DNA of 64,000 nucleotides from Savitreella phatthalungensis (Eukaryota): NCBI GenBank assembly GCA_051599415.1, contig AP039711.1, positions 1 to 64,000 of the forward strand, read 5' to 3'. Shown piece by piece: positions 63,301 to 64,000 of this stretch (position 1 is its first letter; each line of letters starts with the position of its first letter). The notes under the pieces were generated by a model. It saw only the letters and a program-made list of their open reading frames with translations, ran no database searches and was not told where the DNA came from. The position numbers and the translations under genes were made by a program.

Positions 63301-64000
63301 GTAGAGTAAAGGCTTCGATAGCTGTGATGCCGCCTTGACGCGGTCCTGCAAGGCGGCCTTACGCATGCACGTATGCGTATCCGCGACCGATGTTGCAGAG
63401 ACGAGGACGTCTGGGTGGACAACGACGAGTCCAGACGTCGCTGTTGCAACAAAGGTCGTCTCGTCAAGCCACGTCCCGTGTAATCGTACTGTATCGCCAG
63501 GATTCAATGTCATGTCACGCCAGTCATCTCTCAGCAATGCTTCCACCCATGCACCTCCTTCCCCGTCAGTCCCATGCTCTTGTTTCCTTCTTCCGCTTCC
63601 TGATGCCTGTGAGTTTCCTGCGAGCTGCAACTTACACTTTGTTTGACCATCTTCGTTTATCACTTGGCCGACAACGTACATGGACACGTCTCGGTGTTGT
63701 TTCTGTGGCTATAACGCATTAGTATCATCATTCTTGTTCATCTTTTCTTCATCAGTGTCATCATCATCGTCATCATCAAAGGGTCTGTGTCTCTGTCTCG
63801 GTCTAGGTGCTTGTGGTTGAAGCGTCTAGCGGCGGGGTTCAAGTTCGACTCATGTGGTGGTGGAGGATTGATGTCTTCTGTATGTCATACCTCTTCAAAG
63901 TCTGAGAAGTTATCGTCTTCGTCAAGCAGCATATCCAATTCTTCCTTTGATAGTGTCGAGTCCTGACGCTGGATTGACGATAGTTTGGCCACGGCTGAGT
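60379..64000 (-). CDS. DNA2: DNA replication helicase/nuclease Dna2 (5' part runs out of the window; probable intron 63709-63890)
   Basis: CMRKA and CKSCYAGDAC Fe-S cysteines; LKGNVD/EFKTG nuclease motifs; GMPGTGKTT, DEASQ and RRVNVALTRAR helicase motifs. Confidence 0.95.

Overview
This is the left end of a linear fungal chromosome from an ascomycete with a compact, nearly intron-free genome. Gene content and style suggest a Taphrinomycotina-like yeast, which is an inference. Bases 1-71 are an untrimmed Oxford Nanopore adapter plus native barcode. They are followed by about 19 CCCTAA telomere units and about 2.4 kb of CpG-poor telomere-associated repeats. After that come about 25 densely packed genes: SFT2, a La-motif protein, two paralogous six-cysteine secreted proteins, KEI1, CEF1/CDC5 head-to-head with PRP22, sulfite reductase beta subunit, an SDR, two divergent S8 subtilisins, a TAP-like hydrolase, a DDHD phospholipase, DUG2, a VPS9-ankyrin-PX protein, SGT2, URB1, PBDC1, an Eap1/4E-T-like protein, THP3, MON2, a secretory lipase and DNA2. 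Four things stand out. (1) An intact victorivirus-type (Totiviridae-like dsRNA virus) capsid ORF with no RdRp sits between PRP22 and MET5 and is a candidate domesticated endogenous viral gene. (2) A roughly 255-nt, extensively base-paired RNA candidate with TATA, Pol III A-box, B-box and oligo-T lies 1.7 kb from the telomere. (3) A roughly 500-nt intergenic element at 26.6-27.2 kb folds into a G:U-rich rod of about 340 nt plus a multibranch domain. (4) A tandem pair of unrecognised six-cysteine secreted proteins lies at 6.3-7.9 kb. All calls come from reading motifs by eye; no database searches or folding programs were run.
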